Part shown: positions 60,453 to 64,000 of the stretch, piece by piece
Numbering within the stretch: the stretch's first letter is position 1
How the letters are laid out: each line of letters opens with the position of its first letter
Source of the DNA: Terriglobia bacterium
GTDB lineage: Bacteria; Acidobacteriota; Terriglobia; JAJPHL01; JAPKYU01
NCBI GenBank assembly: GCA_965223005.1
Contig: CBDCVK010000010.1
Span: forward strand, 1,536,001-1,600,000
Length of the DNA stretch: 64,000 bases
Direction of reading: 5' to 3'
Made by a program: the position numbers and the translations under genes
Notes under the pieces: model-generated
The model's database searches: none
What the model saw: the letters and a program-made list of their open reading frames with translations, nothing else
Told to the model about the DNA's origin: nothing

Positions 60453-60644
60453 TTACCGTCCAGCTCCGGTCTTTCCTTTCGGGACGGAGAGATCCAGTCC
60501 CATCTGGCCGGCAACGAGAAGCTGCATCATTCGGGAAAAGTCACTGGTGGCTTTATCCGTACCTCCAGCACCATTCCCTCCCATCACAAGGTTCGGGACC
60601 TGACGCTTGGCATACGCGTTCGCCCAGAGCTGCTGGGCTTGCAC
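60453..60644 (-). pseudogene. Probable C-terminal fragment of an SPFH/band-7 protein
   Basis: WANAYAKRQVPNLVMGG...QMGLDLSV resembles SPFH-protein tails; no N-terminal domain. Confidence 0.4.
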
Positions 60645-60914
60645 ATGTCGCAGTGAACCTGAAGGTGGCCCATCCGACCGCGGTGCGTACGTATCTGTAC
60701 GCCTTGCAGGAGACCACGCGCTATGCCAACGGGCGAAAATCGGTGGCCGCTTTCCATACCGAAGTGGCCTCCCGGTTCAGCATGGATCCCTGGGATGTCC
60801 TCGACGTGTTCAGCAACACCATCTTTGCTCTGGGAGACTTTGACCCCGCCACCGCCCTAGCGCTGTGGGAGCGCGAAGTGGTCAGCCTGCGCAGGGAATG
60901 ATCCTGCGTCTGGC

Positions 60915-61907
60915 TCACGGGTTTCTGGAGGGCTGCTCGAGCGAGAACAGGGCGCGCGCCAGGCGCCGAAGTTCCGCGGCGTCCTCGACGCGTTCACGCC
61001 ACCCAGTGGGAATCGCCTCCTCGCCCAGATAGGCGCCAGCCAGCGCCCCCGCCATCGAGGCGATGGTGTCGGTATCGCCGCCGAGGCGGATCGCATAAAG
61101 GACCGCACCGGCAAACGAGTCGGGATGCCTCAGGAATGCGTACAGGGCCGTGGGCACGGAGCGGAAGGCCTCGATCCCGTTGCCGAGTCTCAACGCCGCC
61201 TCGGGCGGAGGCAGGTCGGCGGGGAGAGATTCCATCGATTCCAGGATTTCGCGGAAAAGCTTCGTCTGAACACGCCGTGCCAACTCACGAAGCAGCGAGG
61301 GAGGGTGCAGCGGTTGCCCCGGCTCGGCCTCGAGCAGCAGAGCAATCGCGCAAGCCTGCAATACCGCACCGTCCACACCGCGCTCGTGAGTGTGCGTGAG
61401 CACAGCGGACTGCTGCGCCAGTCGCGCCACCCGGTCCAAATCTCGAAAGGCAAATAGGGCCACTGGCGCCACTCGCATGGCTGCCCCATTCCCGTAGGAA
61501 CCGGTGCCGCCAAACAGGCTTCCTGCCGCCTGGTCCCACGGCACACCCTGGCGCATCAAGCCGAACACGTGCGGCGGCCCACCCCCGTAGCCGCGCCACG
61601 GCTCTTGTTCAAAGTTTCGGGCGAATCCCTCGGCGGTATGCGCGGCGTCGAAGCCCTGCTTTTCAATCAGCGACCACGCCAGCCCCAGGGTCATGTGCGT
61701 GTCGTCGGTGTAGCGAAGCAGGTCCGGATCACTGGCGAACTTTGCCAGTTCATCCGGGTCCACCGATCCGACGCCTTCGAACCGCGCCCCCAGCGCATCG
61801 CCGACCGCGACACCCAGCATCGCCCCGCAAAACCGGCCCTCCGTCAGCGTCTCAAGCCTCCAGCCTCCGGCCAATCTTGGGCCTCGCGTTGAGCTTCTTC
61901 CAGGCAC
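60915..61907 (-). CDS. ADP-ribosylglycohydrolase family protein
   Basis: GDALG, YTDDT, SYGNGAAMR, GGDTDT; start uncertain. Confidence 0.9.
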   Translation of the reverse strand: MPGRSSTRGPRLAGGWRLETLTEGRFCGAMLGVAVGDALGARFEGVGSVDPDELAKFASDPDLLRYTDDTHMTLGLAWSLIEKQGFDAAHTAEGFARNFEQEPWRGYGGGPPHVFGLMRQGVPWDQAAGSLFGGTGSYGNGAAMRVAPVALFAFRDLDRVARLAQQSAVLTHTHERGVDGAVLQACAIALLLEAEPGQPLHPPSLLRELARRVQTKLFREILESMESLPADLPPPEAALRLGNGIEAFRSVPTALYAFLRHPDSFAGAVLYAIRLGGDTDTIASMAGALAGAYLGEEAIPTGWRERVEDAAELRRLARALFSLEQPSRNP

Positions 61908-62011
61908 TTGCTCGGGACCTTCACCGCGAGGTCCGCCTGGGCTCGGGAAGGGCAGGGCCTAGTCGCAGCCAAACAAGTTGGGGCGGGCCAAGGCAGGAGT
62001 TGCAGGCCGTG

Positions 62012-63553
<1,542 letters not shown>

Positions 63554-63636
63554 GTAGATAGCGATGTTAGCACACCCGGCTGGCTGGCTCGAACGCCGGG
63601 GCGCTCAGCCGGCCCGCTGCGCCGTGAACGGGGTGC

Positions 63637-64000
63637 TCAGCCGGGTCGCTGCGCCGTGAAATAGCTGGCCCACAAGACGAAGTTGCCAGCGGCATACTTC
63701 CATCCGGAGGGCTTCAGCATTGCACGCAAAGGCAACTGGAACTGGCGGCGAGTGCGATGGGCGTGTGTCACGTGGAACTGCCGGTTCAGCAGTCTCGCGG
63801 CGGCCTCATGGGTCCAATGGTGTGGATGCAGCCGATCTGGCCAAAGCAACGGCAACACGCACGCCGGAAAGCTGTGCACCATTGCCAGCAGCGTTCCGTG
63901 CGGGCGCAGGACGCGGTGGACCTCGGCCAGGGCCGCCTGCGGATCGCGCATGTGGTCAAATGCGTTGAAGCAGATGCACACATCTACGCCTGCAGCAGCC
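63637..64000 (-). CDS. Methyltransferase, C-terminal part; 5' end lies outside the window
   Basis: NAFDHMRDP..AL.EVHRVLRPHG. Confidence 0.7.
   Translation of the reverse strand, partial: AAAGVDVCICFNAFDHMRDPQAALAEVHRVLRPHGTLLAMVHSFPACVLPLLWPDRLHPHHWTHEAAARLLNRQFHVTHAHRTRRQFQLPLRAMLKPSGWKYAAGNFVLWASYFTAQRPG

Overview
GC-rich bacterial chromosome segment, probably Acidobacteriota (inferred from a TIGR03437-like domain, gene order and remnants of Acidobacteria-type Ser/Thr kinases). Housekeeping flanks are 1-13.8 kb (hemolysin/CNNM, ybeY, phoH, AAA ATPase, rpsT, holA, lptE, asd-like, pssA, psd, hemL, serS, tRNA-Asn) and 56.5-64 kb (tRNA-Cys, tRNA-Gly, galT, yraN, Nramp, ADP-ribosylglycohydrolase, cysS). 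Between the convergent 3' ends of tRNA-Asn and tRNA-Cys lies a ~42.7 kb partly decayed accessory island that starts with a tyrosine integrase. The main observation is that at least eight related 27-28 bp sites with 11-6-11 architecture (consensus GGTCCCCACWA-N6-TAGYGYTTAYC) cut the island into functional modules. They are all intergenic, alternate in orientation, come in spacer-matched pairs and often carry a conserved ~40-55 bp accessory element. This resembles pdif/XerCD module arrays but with different arms, and suggests an undescribed site-specific gene-module shuffling system. Modules: GH65/USP/sigma54/cytochrome; a single secreted protein; TPR/lipoprotein/translocase-HEAT; terminase-only; ECF-DUF4331; IPCT-DIPPS. 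All calls were made by eye; no searches were run.
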